A stretch of 64,000 bases of DNA from Octopus bimaculoides (Eukaryota). The stretch covers positions 111,357,960 through 111,421,959 of the forward strand of contig NC_068984.1 in the NCBI RefSeq assembly GCF_001194135.2. The letters are read 5' to 3'. Made by a program: the position numbers and the translations under genes. Below, one piece after another: positions 11,845-25,271 of the stretch. Within the stretch, counting starts at the first letter, position 1. Every line of letters begins with the position of its first letter. The notes under the pieces are model-generated. The model worked only from the letters and a program-made list of their open reading frames with translations. It was not told the origin of the DNA and ran no database searches.

Positions 11845-12505
11845 TACTCTTTTACTTGTTTCAGTCATTTGACTGCGACCATGCTGGAGCACCACCTTTA
11901 TAGTCGAGCAAATCGACCCCAGGTCTTATTCTTTGTAAGCCTAGTACTTATCCTATCGGTCTCTTTTTGCTGAATCGCTAAGTTACGGAGACGTAAACAC
12001 ACCAGCATCGGTTGTCAAGCAATGCTGGGGGGACAAACACAGGCACACAAACATATACACACACATACATATATACATATGTAAGGCGGGGAGCTGGCAG
12101 AAACGTTAGCACGCCGGGCAAAATGCTTAGCGGTATTTCGGCTGCCGCTACGTTCTGAGTTCAAATTCCGCCGAGGTCGACTTTGCCTTTCATCCTTTCG
12201 GGGTTGATTAAATAAGTACCAATTATGCACTGGGGTCGATGTAATCGACTTAATCCGTTTGTCTGTCCTTGTTTGTCCCCTCTGTGTGTAGCCCCTTGTG
12301 GGTAGTAAAGAAATAACATACACACATGTATATATATATACATATATACGACGGGCTTCTTTCAGTTTCCATTTACCAAATCCACTCACAAGGCTTTGGT
12401 GGGCCCGAGGCTATAGTAGAAGACACTTGCCCAAAGTGCCACGCAGTGGGACTGAACCCAGAACCATGTGGTTGGTAAGCAAGCTACTTACCACACAGCC
12501 ACTCC
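11845..12505 (-). mobile_element. SINE-A with an oppositely oriented SINE-B (12083-12316, +) in its internal microsatellite
   Basis: A tail 11845-12060, B 12083-12316, A head 12345-12505. Confidence 0.85.
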
Positions 12506-12766
12506 TCTATATGAACTACACTGATCAATTACATAGTTAATACTCTTGTTTCCATAATGCTCTCACTTGTAACTCTCTACATGGAATGCATAAAATTGGG
12601 TAGACTCTTGAGTGCGTGTGTGTGTGTGTGTGTGTGCATGCATTTGAGCATACATGTGCATGCATGTGTTTCCGTATATATGTGTTTCAGTTCTATATTT
12701 AAGAGATGAGGAATTATTTACATTATTTACAATTGACGGATATTTGTCCTCATCTTGTTTGTTGTT

Positions 12767-12812
12767 AATGCAAAGTTTCAGCTGATATACTCTCCAGCCT
12801 TCATCAGGTATC
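12767..12812 (-). ncRNA. Degenerate minimal hammerhead ribozyme motif
   Basis: CTGATGA-A-GGCTG..CAGCT-GAAAC present; stem I and cleavage triplet mutated. Confidence 0.5.
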
Positions 12813-12864
12813 TTGGGGAAATTTTGAACCTGGGTTCTCATTCCTAAGGTATTTTTGGATATTA

Positions 12865-12907
<43 letters not shown>

Positions 12908-12908
12908 C

Positions 12909-12942
<34 letters not shown>

Positions 12943-13013
12943 CTCTGCTAATCCCAAGATTTCGAGTTTGATTCCAGGCAGTGACCTGAATAATAATAAT
13001 AATTATTATAATA

Positions 13014-13064
<51 letters not shown>

Positions 13065-13111
13065 TTGAAAAATACTTTAGGAATGAGAACCCAGGTTCAA
13101 AATTTCCCCAA

Positions 13112-13157
13112 GACACCTGATGAAGGCTGGAGGGTATATCAGCTGAAACATTGTGTT
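13112..13157 (+). ncRNA. Minimal hammerhead ribozyme motif (stem III mismatch)
   Basis: GACAC CTGATGA A GGCTG GAGGGTATAT CAGCT GAAA CATT GTGTT. Confidence 0.6.
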
Positions 13158-13221
13158 AACAACAAACAAGATGAGGACAAATATCCATCAAATGTAAATA
13201 ATGTAAATATGTGTTTGTAAG

Positions 13222-13435
13222 ATGGCGAAGTTCTAAGACAGCATTGAGTAAAATGCTCAGTGACATTTTGTCCCTCTTAATGTTCTGAGTTCAAATTCTG
13301 CCAAGATCAACTTTTTGTTTCATCCTTCTCAGAGTCAAAAAGATAAGTACCAGTTAAGCATTGGGGTTGATGTAATTGACTAGCCCTTCCCCCAATTTTC
13401 CAGGTTTTTTGCCTATAATAGAAAGGGTTATTATT
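13222..13435 (+). mobile_element. SINE-B (tail 2), diverged
   Basis: Family match. Confidence 0.75.
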
Positions 13436-13566
13436 ATAAGAATATCTGAAGAAGGAATTGTATTCCGAAATATCATTGAACTATAGATTATTAAATTACA
13501 ACAGGCAAATAGTCCATTTTTTGTATTATAGTGCATTGTTGTACATTCAAGACTTTTTATTCTTTA

Positions 13567-13624
<58 letters not shown>

Positions 13625-13711
13625 CATTATCATCATCATCATCATCATCATCATCATTATTATTATTATTATTATTAATATTCTTGTTATTAATATTATA
13701 ATTAATATTAT

Positions 13712-13925
13712 CAAGGCAGTGAGCTGGCAGAATTGTTGGCATGCTGAGTAAAATGCTTAGCAGCATTTCATCTGTCTTTACGTTCCGAGTTCAAATTCTG
13801 CCAAGGTCAACTTTGCCTTTCATCCAATTTGGAGCCAATGAAATAAGTACCAGTTGAACACTGGGGTCAATGTAATCAACTCACCCCTTCTCCACAAAAT
13901 CGCTGGCCTTGTCCCAAAGTTTGAT
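13712..13925 (+). mobile_element. SINE-B (tail 2)
   Basis: Family match. Confidence 0.8.
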
Positions 13926-15551
13926 ACGGATATATATATNNNNNNNNNNNNNNNNNNNNNNNNNNNNNNNNNNNNNNNNNNNNNNNNNNNNNNNNNNNNN
14001 NNNNNNNNNNNNNNNNNNNNNNNNNNNNNNNNTATATATATACATACATATACATATATACAAGTGTGTGTGTGTGTTGGTGCATGATGTGTGTAGTATG
14101 ATGTAGACATATATGCATATGCACATGTAGTAAGTGTATATAAACATAAATTTGGGTGTGTGCATTGTTGCATATATGATATTATCTATATGTGTGTATA
14201 TATGTCTATATGCATGTGTGTATAAGCACCACCATTACCACTATCAACATCACCACCAACAACAACATCAAAACTACTGCCATCAACACCACCACCATCA
14301 ACACTAACCACCACCACTATCAACATGAACATCACCACCATCAACACTAACTACCACCACCACTATCAACACTCCCACCATCAACACCACCACTACCACC
14401 ACCATCATCACTGCTATCAACACCTCTACCATTAACACCATCACCAACAACAACATCAACACCACCACTACCATTAACACCACCACCATCAACATCAACA
14501 CCCCTACCGCCATCGTCCCTACCGCTATTAGCTGCACTATAGATATGTGCATAATGTAACAGAGAATTGTGCAAAATCACAGAAGGTCATGTGCATGTGT
14601 TTTTTTAATACGATTTGGTATGAATGTGTGCGAACATGCATTCAGATGTTTATATGTGTAAGTACGTGTGTGTATTTGTGTTTGCGGATATATGTGTGTG
14701 TGTATGTGTGTGTGTATGTGTGTGTGTGTAAATATGTGTATTTGCAACTGTGTGTATTTACAAAACAAAACAAGACAACAACAAAAAATACAGAAGGGAA
14801 GGAAAGAGATAAAAAAAAAAAATGACTTCCAGAAACGGTGTACTGGGGACTTCAAAGATAACTGAAAGACGGGGGGGAGGGATAAGGATGGGGGATGCGG
14901 TGGGGACATAAAGTGAGAAGGGAAAAGTGAAGGAAAGAAAGAAAGAAAGAAAGAGAAAGAGTAAGAGAAGCAGTGTGATGGTCAGGGTGTTTGCAGTTTT
15001 GTTGGTTTATTATGTCAGGATTTCATGGCTTTCATCAGAGGCATTCTTGTTATTCTGTGTCCACTTCTGGGTGTAGGAAGAAGAAGGGAAGGAGGAGGAG
15101 GAGGAGGAGGTGGAGGAGGAAGAAGGGAAGGAGGAGGGGGAGGAAGAAGGAGGAGGAAGAGGAAGAATAAGGGAAGGAGGAGGAGGAGGAGGAGCTAAAG
15201 AAGGACAGGTGTAGGTAAAGATTGGACTGGTGGTGGATGGAAGGTGCAGGAGCGGTGGTGATGAAAGGTCTGGGTGGGTGGAGGTGGGCCGGTGAGGTGA
15301 TTGAGGATGATGATTGCTGTGGGGTGTTATTGTTGTTGTTGCTGTTGTTGTTGTTGTCCGGGTGTTGGTGATGTCAGTAGTAGTGGTGATGGTACTGCTG
15401 GGACTGGGGCTGGGGCTGGTTATATTAGTGGCAGCTGTGTTAATGATGGTGATATACACACATATACACACACACACACGTGTTTGTATGTATGTATATA
15501 TAAGTAGACATACCAACTGATTGACCAATAAGTATATGTATGTATCTATGC

Positions 15552-15594
<43 letters not shown>

Positions 15595-16739
15595 NNNNNN
15601 NNNNNNNNNNNNNNNNNNNNNNNNNNNNNNNNNNNNNNNNNNNNNNNNNNNNNNNNNNNNNNNNNNNNNNNNNNNNNNNNNNNNNNNNNNNNNNNNNNNN
15701 NNNNNNNNNNNNNNNNNNNNNNNNNNNNNNNNNNNNNNNNNNNNNNNNNNNNNNNNNNNNNNNNNNNNNNNNNNNNNNNNNNNNNNNNNNNNNNNNNNNN
15801 NNNNNNNNNNNNNNNNNNNNNNNNNNNNNNNNNNNNNNNNNNNNNNNNNNNNNNNNNNNNNNNNNNNNNNNNNNNNNNNNNNNNNNNNNNNNNNNNNNNN
15901 NNNNNNNNNNNNNNNNNNNNNNNNNNNNNNNNNNNNNNNNNNNNNNNNNNNNNNNNNNNNNNNNNNNNNNNNNNNNNNNNNNNNNNNNNNNNNNNNNNNN
16001 NNNNNNNNNNNNNNNNNNNNNNNNNNNNNNNNNNNNNNNNNNNNNNNNNNNNNNNNNNNNNNNNNNNNNNNNNNNNNNNNNNNNNNNNNNNNNNNNNNNN
16101 NNNNNNNNNNNNNNNNNNNNNNNNNNNNNNNNNNNNNNNNNNNNNNNNNNNNNNNNNNNNNNNNNNNNNNNNNNNNNNNNNNNNNNNNNNNNNNNNNNNN
16201 NNNNNNNNNNNNNNNNNNNNNNNNNNNNNNNNNNNNNNNNNNNNNNNNNNNNNNNNNNNNNNNNNNNNNNNNNNNNNNNNNNNNNNNNNNNNNNNNNNNN
16301 NNNNNNNNNNNNNNNNNNNNNNNNNNNNNNNNNNNNNNNNNNNNNNNNNNNNNNNNNNNNNNNNNNNNNNNNNNNNNNNNNNNNNNNNNNNNNNNNNNNN
16401 NNNNNNNNNNNNNNNNNNNNNNNNNNNNNNNNNNNNNNNNNNNNNNNNNNNNNNNNNNNNNNNNNNNNNNNNNNNNNNNNNNNNNNNNNNNNNNNNNNNN
16501 NNNNNNNNNNNNNNNNNNNNNNNNNNNNNNNNNNNNNNNNNNNNNNNNNNNNNNCCACCATCACCACCACCGCCACCGCCACCACCACCACCTTCAGTAT
16601 TTACCAATGCATACACATCATCCTTCCCCTTCTTTTGCCATAGGATCATCTTGGTACCTTTCACCATTTATACAAAACCTGAGTCTTAATCATTGTTTTC
16701 CTATGAGAAACAGGGAGAAGGAGAGAGGAGAAGGAAGAG

Positions 16740-16985
16740 AGATAGGATGTGGGCGTGCATGTTTGTGTGTGTGTGTGAATGTGTATGTGTGTATGTGTGA
16801 GAGAGGGTTTCTGTAAGTGCATGTGTATGTGTGTTTGATTATGCATGTGCCTGTTCAGAGGACAATGAGTAAATAGATAGGGAGGTGTAGTGTATGCATG
16901 TATGTATGCACGTGTGAGTCTGTTTGTGTCAGTGTTTGTCCATGTCTGTATATGTATGTGTGTATCTGCGTGCACTCATACATAG

Positions 16986-17016
<31 letters not shown>

Positions 17017-17097
17017 AGAATATATATGTTTATTTGAATGCATATGAATGCATATTTATGCATTTATCTGAATTTGTGTGAGTGTACATGTGTGTAT

Positions 17098-17141
<44 letters not shown>

Positions 17142-17389
17142 GTGTGTGTGTGTGTGCATGTGTGTGTGCATATATGAATAAAAAATATATGCATGTGTGC
17201 ATGGTTTGTGTACATGCGTGTATGTAGATATGTGTATATATGTGTGTGCAAGTGCACGCATGTATCTTAATATTTGTGACTGTATGTGTATATGTGTGTA
17301 TCTATATGCATCTGTGTATATGAATACAACTGTATGCATGTATTCTTAATCTGTTTGCCTGCATGTATGTAGATATGTATGTGTGTGTG

Positions 17390-17436
<47 letters not shown>

Positions 17437-18026
17437 AGTATATATATGAGCGCATGCAGATATATGTATTCGAATGCTTGTGGGTGTATATGATGTATAC
17501 ATGTGTGTGTGTATATATATATATGCATATGTATATGAATGCACATGTATGGATGTGTCTGAATGTGTGTAAATGTACATGTGCTCATGCAGGAACATGC
17601 ATGGTTGCATGTTTTGTGTGCATATATATGTACATGTATGTGCACATGTGTATATACATATGTGGTATGAGCTTGTGTGTATACATGCATATGTGTGTGT
17701 ATATTTGATTGTATATAACATACATAAGGAGTTTTACTGACTTTGTAAAGAGTAAAAAAGGGACGTGTTTATTTTCATGTGTGTGCTTATGTATGCATAT
17801 GTATATGTGTGTATGTGTTCGTATTTATTTGTTGGTGTGCATGTTTAGAATTTGTGCATGTGTACGTACATGTAAATAGATATTAATGGATGTATATGTG
17901 TTTGTATGTGCATGTATGTGTTGGTATGCCCAGAGGGAGTGGAGAGTTTTTAAAGAATTAAGGAGAGAAAGAGATAGAGAAAGTACATGAATACATGTGA
18001 GTATACATGCATCTATGTATGTATAC

Positions 18027-18077
<51 letters not shown>

Positions 18078-18336
18078 ATGCATACATACATGCATACACA
18101 CACACACATATAAGTGTATATGTGTGTGTGTATGTATATGTATGTACTTATGCAGGTACATATAAACGTATGCACATGTATATATGTTGCCCATGCACAT
18201 GCAAACATGTACATGAACATAAACATACACACTTTTTCACTAACAATTGCTGTATATTTTGTGTTTGTTGTTGTTAGTATTGTTGCAGTAGTTACATGTA
18301 GTGTTGCTGTGTTCCTTTTGTTGTTGTCATTGCAGC

Positions 18337-18382
<46 letters not shown>

Positions 18383-18480
18383 GGTAGTGCTGTTGTTGTT
18401 GTTGGTGGTGGTGTCGGAGGTGGAGGAGGTGGCGGTGGTGGTAATTTTGTTTTGTCAGTACACCAAATATTGTTATTGTT
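16740..18480. repeat. Degenerate (TA/TG/CA)n and (GTT)n microsatellite field
   Basis: Direct inspection; source of the YI/HT/CV ORFs. Confidence 0.95.
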
Positions 18481-18721
18481 GTTACAGCTCAGGTCTTTCC
18501 TGATGGAATGGACTTATGCTCAAAGGCTTCCCTGCCATGACCATCCTGTCTTTTTGTTCAGTGTACAAGAAGATCCCTGGTCGCATTATCTAATGCGTCC
18601 CTCAATGGCCTAATGCATACAACTTTTGATAATGATAATAGCATGTGATTTCATGGAGATTAGGCTGTTGTTTCTAGCAAGTCAATTGTCTATATAAATA
18701 CTTCTTCTTTAGTTCATTGTC

Positions 18722-18912
18722 AGTGAAGACACATGGCTTTGTGGTTAGGGTATTCAGATCACGATTGTAAGGTCATGAGTTCAAATCCCAGTGAGGCATT
18801 ATGTCCTTGAACAAGACAACTGCATTACGGGTACACGTGACTGTGGAGCACTCAGCCACATGCATGTTAATTTCAACTGAAACCTTCATCATCATAACCA
18901 ACAGAGTGCCAG
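18722..18912 (+). mobile_element. SINE-C, internally deleted
   Basis: Head and tail match 28682-29004. Confidence 0.65.
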
Positions 18913-19208
18913 TTCATTGTCAATATTGTTGTTGTTGTTGATGTTCTTGTTATTGCTGCTGCTATTCAGCCCTAGGTTAGACGTGATTAAACAAACTATG
19001 ATTGAAAGCATTTCAACCATGAACTTCTAATCTTTTTCCTATATCTTATACTACATTCTCGAGCATGGCCTTCAAAGTTTTAAGATGGTAGCATGTGATT
19101 TTAAGGAGATTTGGCTGTTATTTTTAGAATATTAAATGACCACATATGGGCTCATGCATTGGTGTGCAGCTACTACTGCTTATATTGATGTTGCTGTTAT
19201 GGTTCTTT

Positions 19209-19241
<33 letters not shown>

Positions 19242-19429
19242 AGTTTTTCCTTGGATGTTTAAAAATAATATATTAGTTATATGTAGTAAATATAAGAATC
19301 CCTTCCAGGGGTCTTATTATCGATGATGCTGTTGTTGTTGTTGTTGTTGTAGATGTTGTTGTTGTTGTTTTGTAGATGTTGATGTTTTTGTTGTTGTTGC
19401 CACTGTTGTTATTGCTGCTGCTGTTATTT

Positions 19430-19630
19430 TGTTATTTTACCGGTTTCAGTCATTTGACTGCAGCCATGCTGGAGCACCACCTTGAAGAGTTTTAGATGAA
19501 CAAATCAACCCCAGGACTTAAATTCTTTTTCTCAAAGCCTTGTACTTATTCTATCAGTACCTTTTGCCAAACCACTAAGTTACAGGGACATAAACACACC
19601 AATACCAAGGGCAGGAGGACAAACACAGAC
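19430..19630 (-). mobile_element. SINE-A tail fragment
   Basis: Family match. Confidence 0.75.
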
Positions 19631-19656
19631 ACAATGACACTCACATTTATATACAT

Positions 19657-19713
<57 letters not shown>

Positions 19714-19730
19714 NNNNNNNNNNNNNNNNN

Positions 19731-20656
19731 ATATATACTACATATGTGGTGATCTCTGGGTGTGTTTGTTTGTGGCGCTGTTATCTAAATCCTACTGCAT
19801 CGTTTTATCGATTTTGATGAAACATGACACATGAGTAGAACTCATGTCTGGAAAACTAGTGACATACTTAGATTGTTGAAAAAATCGATAATAGGGCCCC
19901 TGGAAGGGATTCTTATATCTACTACATATAATTAATATATTATTTTTCAACATCCAAGAAAAATAACCCATTCGCTCCTGAAAGGGATCCTTATATATAG
20001 TCAAGGGAAATAACCCATTCATGTTCATAAACTATTTCATATAAATCAAATTGAGTATGCTTATTTCTTAGTATTTGAACTATTTGAGTTATTTTTGCAA
20101 TTTATCCAGTACAGCGCTTAAACACGTAAATAGCATTTTCCTAAAAAATAGATCTACTTATTTCAGTTAGTGATTTATTCACGAATATACCAATACTAGC
20201 GCCACTGAGGGTAATATTCTCTGCGAACGCACAAAAACTTTTTTCTGAGTTATTTACTTTGAATTGTTATTATCCCATATCTGATTAGCCTGTTTTCACA
20301 TAACATGCTTCACGATTTTAGTATACATATCTTATTAGTATTTCCTCCTATGTTCTATATACTCTGGGAATGCATTAAAGCCCTTTTTGGGGCTACTTTA
20401 TTTCAATTCTTACTATCAGGTCATTAATTTCATGTTATTACATAACTGACTTCACAGTTTAGGTATTCATAACTTATTGGGAATTTCTAAAAAGAAGATC
20501 CTGTGTAAGACAGTTTGGTATTCTCTGTAAATGCACTAAAACCGTTTTAAGGGCTACATACTTTGTATTGTTGTCATTGGATTAGCGAAACAATTATGAG
20601 AACAGTACCAAGGGATAAGCCCCACTTATCCGGGAATTACTGAGTACGTCAGCTAG
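19731..20656 (+). mobile_element. Probable non-autonomous Helitron
   Basis: 3' end has a short hairpin CTGA-GTACG-TCAG then CTAG|T at 20653-20657; 5' part reads ATATACTA..TGTTTGTTTG..CGATTTTGATGAAAC, as in invertebrate Helitron-N elements; the true 5' TC may lie in the gap. Confidence 0.5.
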
Positions 20657-20658
20657 TA

Positions 20659-20728
<70 letters not shown>

Positions 20729-21269
20729 TATATATATATATGCAACAGGTTTCTTTCAGTTTCTGTTTACTAAATCCACATGGCTTTGGTCAACATGCCA
20801 CACAGTGTGACTGAATCCAGAACAATGTGGTTGAGAAACAAGCACCTTACCACACAACCATGCCTGCACATTGTAATTGTATGTTACAACATATCATTGA
20901 AATTTCCAGATATAATAAGAAATTATCCCTTAATAGCTACACCCTACTGATGAGCAAACCTCCTTCCTTACTCTCTTATATTCTTTATCTCACGCTCACT
21001 TTCTTTCCTTCTTACATTCTTTTCTTTTTCTTCTTCCTTTCTCTTGCGCCCCACCTTCATCTCACTCCTACATTCATGTCATTGCTTATCTCCCTTCTTT
21101 TCATTGCATTCTAATCTATGCTTGCTGAGTGACACATATCTCTATAGTAGCACTCACACACTTATGCACACATACACACACACACACATACATATATATA
21201 TACATACACATATATGTATGTCTATATGTATATATATATGTGTGTGTGTATCTTTTATATTTTCTTTTA

Positions 21270-22065
21270 TCTTTAAGTTGTTTCAGTCACTAGATCTCGG
21301 CCATGCTGGGGCAACACCTTGAAGAATTTTTTGTTGAATGTATCAACACAACTACTTAGTTTGTGAATGCCTGGTATTATCATCCTGCTTTGCCGAACCA
21401 CTAATTTATGGGAACATAAACACACCAGCACCAGTTTTTCATCCAGTAGTGGTGGTGGTAGTAGTGAGGTACAAACGCAGACAGGCACACACAGACACAC
21501 ACATGCACACACTCATACTCACACATATATATGACGAGTTTCTTTCAGTCCCCATCACTCACATGGCTTTGGTCACCCAGAGACTATAGTAGAATACACT
21601 TGCCCAAGGTGCCACACAGTGGGACTGAACCTGGAACTATGTAGTTGGGAACCAAGCTTCTTACCACACAGACATGCCTGTACATATGTGTATGTATATA
21701 TATATATATATNNNNNNNNNNNNNNNNNNNNNNNNNNNNNNNNNNNNNNNNNNNNNNNNNNNNNNNNNNNNNNNNNNNNNNNNNNNNNNNNNNNNNNNNN
21801 NNNNNNNNNNNNNNNNNNNNNNNNNNNNNNNNNNNNNNNNNNNNNNNNNNNNNNNNNNNNNNNNNNNNNNNNNNNNNNNATGGACACACACACAAGCATA
21901 TACATATATATATGACGGTCTTCTTTCAGTTTCCATCAACCAAATCCACTCACAAGGCTTTGGTCATTCTGAGGCTATAGTAGAAGACACTTGTCCAAGC
22001 TACCGCACAGTTGAACTGAACCCAGAACTATGTGGTTGAAAAGCCATCCTCTTACCAGATAGCTA
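21270..22065 (-). mobile_element. SINE-A (21270-21682) plus a second A head (21915-22065)
   Basis: Family match on both sides of a gap. Confidence 0.75.
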
Positions 22066-23294
22066 TGTACATACCTGGTATTATGTACATACCTGGTAAG
22101 TACCTTCTGTAGCTAGTCAGGGTAGACAGTAGGCATTAATGAAATAAATATTGTTAGCAAATAATTTTTTTTTATACTATGAAATAAAATATATGAATAT
22201 TTTCATAAACAAAAACCATTGTTTATTTAGAAATACATGCACAGATACATACATGCATGCATACATGCATACATACATACATGCAAGCATGGATGCATAC
22301 ATGCATACATTGCATACATACATACATACATACATCTAACTGTGTTGCAACACTTAACTCAATGGGTGTTTAAGGAATGTGTTTATGAATAGTTGATGGG
22401 TCAGATGTGGTTCTGATGAAACAGCAATGACTCCTGAAATATGTATATACACCCATTATCTATTTTTCTATCTTTAATTGCATTGTTTACATAGACATAT
22501 TTATTTACATATGCATTGAGTCACTGGAAATTATGAAATTTACCAGTTTCTGAATTTACACTATATTAATGACAAGATTTGCTTCTGATATAGAAAACGG
22601 TAAATAATACATTCACTGTTGTTACAAGTAGCTACAACTGCAACTTGCCTGTCAATGGTTTATATATTATTAAGTATGATACTTAGATGACTATTTTCAT
22701 TTAACATTACTTCAGTTGCATACACTGGATTACTTATTCAGCCCAGCAGCTATTGTCATTATTCGTGAAATTTTTATTTACTGCTTCTTATAAGAAATAT
22801 GACAAATCTCATCTAAGCATGTGCTTAGTTGTAAGTACACATCACTGACAAAGCCTAGAAGGATGAAATGCATCTGATATTCTTACTAGCAGGTATAGGG
22901 ACAATTTTTCATCTCCTTCAATATACATGGTGTTTCAAACATAGCATGTCCATGACATGTGTTATCTCTGAATAGAAACCACAATAGCTTGCCTGTCAAT
23001 GATGTATGTACAGTAAGTATGATACGTAAATGATTATTATACATACAAACATATATACACACTCTCACATATACATGCTTATACACATATATGCAACGCA
23101 TACCCACATGCATACATACACATATATACATGCATACATGCATATACACTTTCACATATATGTGCATACATACATATATATATATATACGTGCATATATA
23201 CATATATACATACCCACATATACATATACACATTCATACACATCCATGCACATACAGACATGCATATATGCAGAAAAACAGGATCAGAGGTTCT

Positions 23295-23520
23295 TCCCAA
23301 GTCATAAGCTCATAAGGCTGGTTTCCCAAATTCTGTGGTCCCCATTGGATAGGATGCCAGCCCATAAAAGGTCTCTTCCTTTTTGGTATCTGAGTTGCCT
23401 GGGACAATATGAAATGAAGTACTTTGCTCAGGTACACAATACATCAATCTGTCCAGGAATTGAAACCACTATCTTATGCTCATGAGTGTAACACCCTAAC
23501 CAGAAAGCAACATGCCCCCA
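23295..23520 (-). mobile_element. SINE-E, diverged
   Basis: Homologous to 9934-10195. Confidence 0.65.
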
Positions 23521-23597
23521 CACACATTTGCATACAAACATCGACATGCATCACTAGCCCAACACATAACTGTTTGTTTATCATTACATCAATATAC

Positions 23598-23815
23598 AGT
23601 GTGGTGAGCTGGCAGAATTGTTAGCACACCGTGCAAAATGCTTAACGGTATTTCGTCTGTCTTCACATTCCTAGTTCAAATGCCACTGAGGTCAACTTTG
23701 CCTTTCATCCTTTCAGGGTTGATTAAATAAGTACCAGTTACTCACTGGGGCAGATGTAATCGACTATCCCCCTCCCCCAAATTTCAGGCCTTGTGCCTAT
23801 AATAGAAAGGATTAT
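23598..23815 (+). mobile_element. SINE-B (tail 2)
   Basis: Family match. Confidence 0.8.
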
Positions 23816-23879
23816 TACATCAATATATATGTCAATCTTTAAGTATAATTCTCCTGTCTCACCTCTTTCCTTCAAATTC

Positions 23880-23953
23880 TCTCTCTCTCTCTGTCTATGT
23901 ATGTATGTATGTATCTATCTATCTATCTATCTGTCCATCTGTCTATCTATCTA

Positions 23954-23984
<31 letters not shown>

Positions 23985-24072
23985 ATCTATCTGTTTATCT
24001 ATCTACCAATCTATCTACCTGTTTATCTATCGATCTATCTATCTATCTATCTATCTAGCTATCAATCAATCA

Positions 24073-24120
<48 letters not shown>

Positions 24121-24253
24121 GTCTATCTATCTATTTATCTATCTATCTATCTGTCTGTCTGTCTATTTATCTCACTATCTTTTTGTTTCTTTTTGCATCT
24201 TACCTGCCCATCTGTCTGTCAATCTTTCTCGCTCTCGCACTCTCTCTCTCGCA

Positions 24254-24310
<57 letters not shown>
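23880..24310. repeat. (TCTA/TCTG)n and (TC)n microsatellites
   Basis: Direct inspection. Confidence 0.95.
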
Positions 24311-24313
<3 letters not shown>

Positions 24314-24582
24314 ATCTCCCTTTCTGTCTGTCTGCATGTGTATTTAACCTACCTAGTCTTCCATCTGTTGTTGTCTTACTTGTTGTCTCTCCCATCTAAT
24401 TATATATATCATAGGTACATAGGTATATCTATTTGACTGTCTATTTAATTACCTATGTCATCCCATCTGCTTGCATGCACATTTCGATGTACGTGCTGTC
24501 CCTCTTTCTCTCATGCATGCACTTCACTGTCTGGCACAACTTCTCTCTCTTTCTCTCTTTACATCTGCTTATACTTATGAGT

Positions 24583-24620
<38 letters not shown>

Positions 24621-24652
24621 TTATGTATACATATACATATATATATAGATTC

Positions 24653-24689
<37 letters not shown>

Positions 24690-24875
24690 CATGTGCATAT
24701 ATACACACATGTATATGTAGGATGCATGTGTGTGGATATTTATGAATATACATATGTGTATGTGTGTGTGTGCGTATACATTCACACACACACATACATA
24801 TATAATACATATATACAAATATATACACATATCTATATCTCTCTGTATATATAGATTCGTAGATACACAGATATT

Positions 24876-24907
<32 letters not shown>

Positions 24908-25271
24908 TGTATANNNNNNNNNNNNNNNNNNNNNNNNNNNNNNNNNNNNNNNNNNNNNNNNNNNNNNNNNNNNNNNNNNNNNNNNNNNNNNNNNNNNNNN
25001 NNNNNNNNNNNNNNNNNNNNNNNNNNNNNNNNNNNNNNNNNNNNNNNNNNNNNNNNNNNNNNNNNNNNNNNNNNNNNNNNNNNNNNNNNNNNNNNNNNNN
25101 NNNNNNNNNNNNNNNNNNNNNNNNNNNNNNNNNNNNNNNNNNNNNNNNNNNNNNNNNNNNNNNNNNNNNNNNNNNNNNNNNNNNNNNNNNNNNNNNNNNN
25201 NNNNNNNNNNNNNNNNNNNNNNNNNNNNNNNNNNNNNNNNNTATATATATATATATATATGTGTGTATATA

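Larger units (their letters stand above)
12688..13206. mobile_element. Palindromic hammerhead-tailed tRNA-derived retroelement, copy 1
   Basis: Inverted tails 12688-12865 and 13066-13206; truncated tRNA-like head about 12940-12990 (+); perfect 10-bp TSD ATATGTGTTT at 12678-12687 and 13207-13216. Confidence 0.85.

Noticed and set aside
15020-15045. Minus-strand CTGATGAAAGCCATGAAA as a hammerhead
   Set aside because: No stem II or stem I can form.
16607-16700. Minus-strand exon with strong splice sites
   Set aside because: All three frames from the acceptor contain stops; only a UTR/ATG reading remains and it is unsupported.
22405-22455. CTGATGA..GAAATATGTA as a hammerhead
   Set aside because: Neither stem I nor stem II pairs; at most a very old relic.
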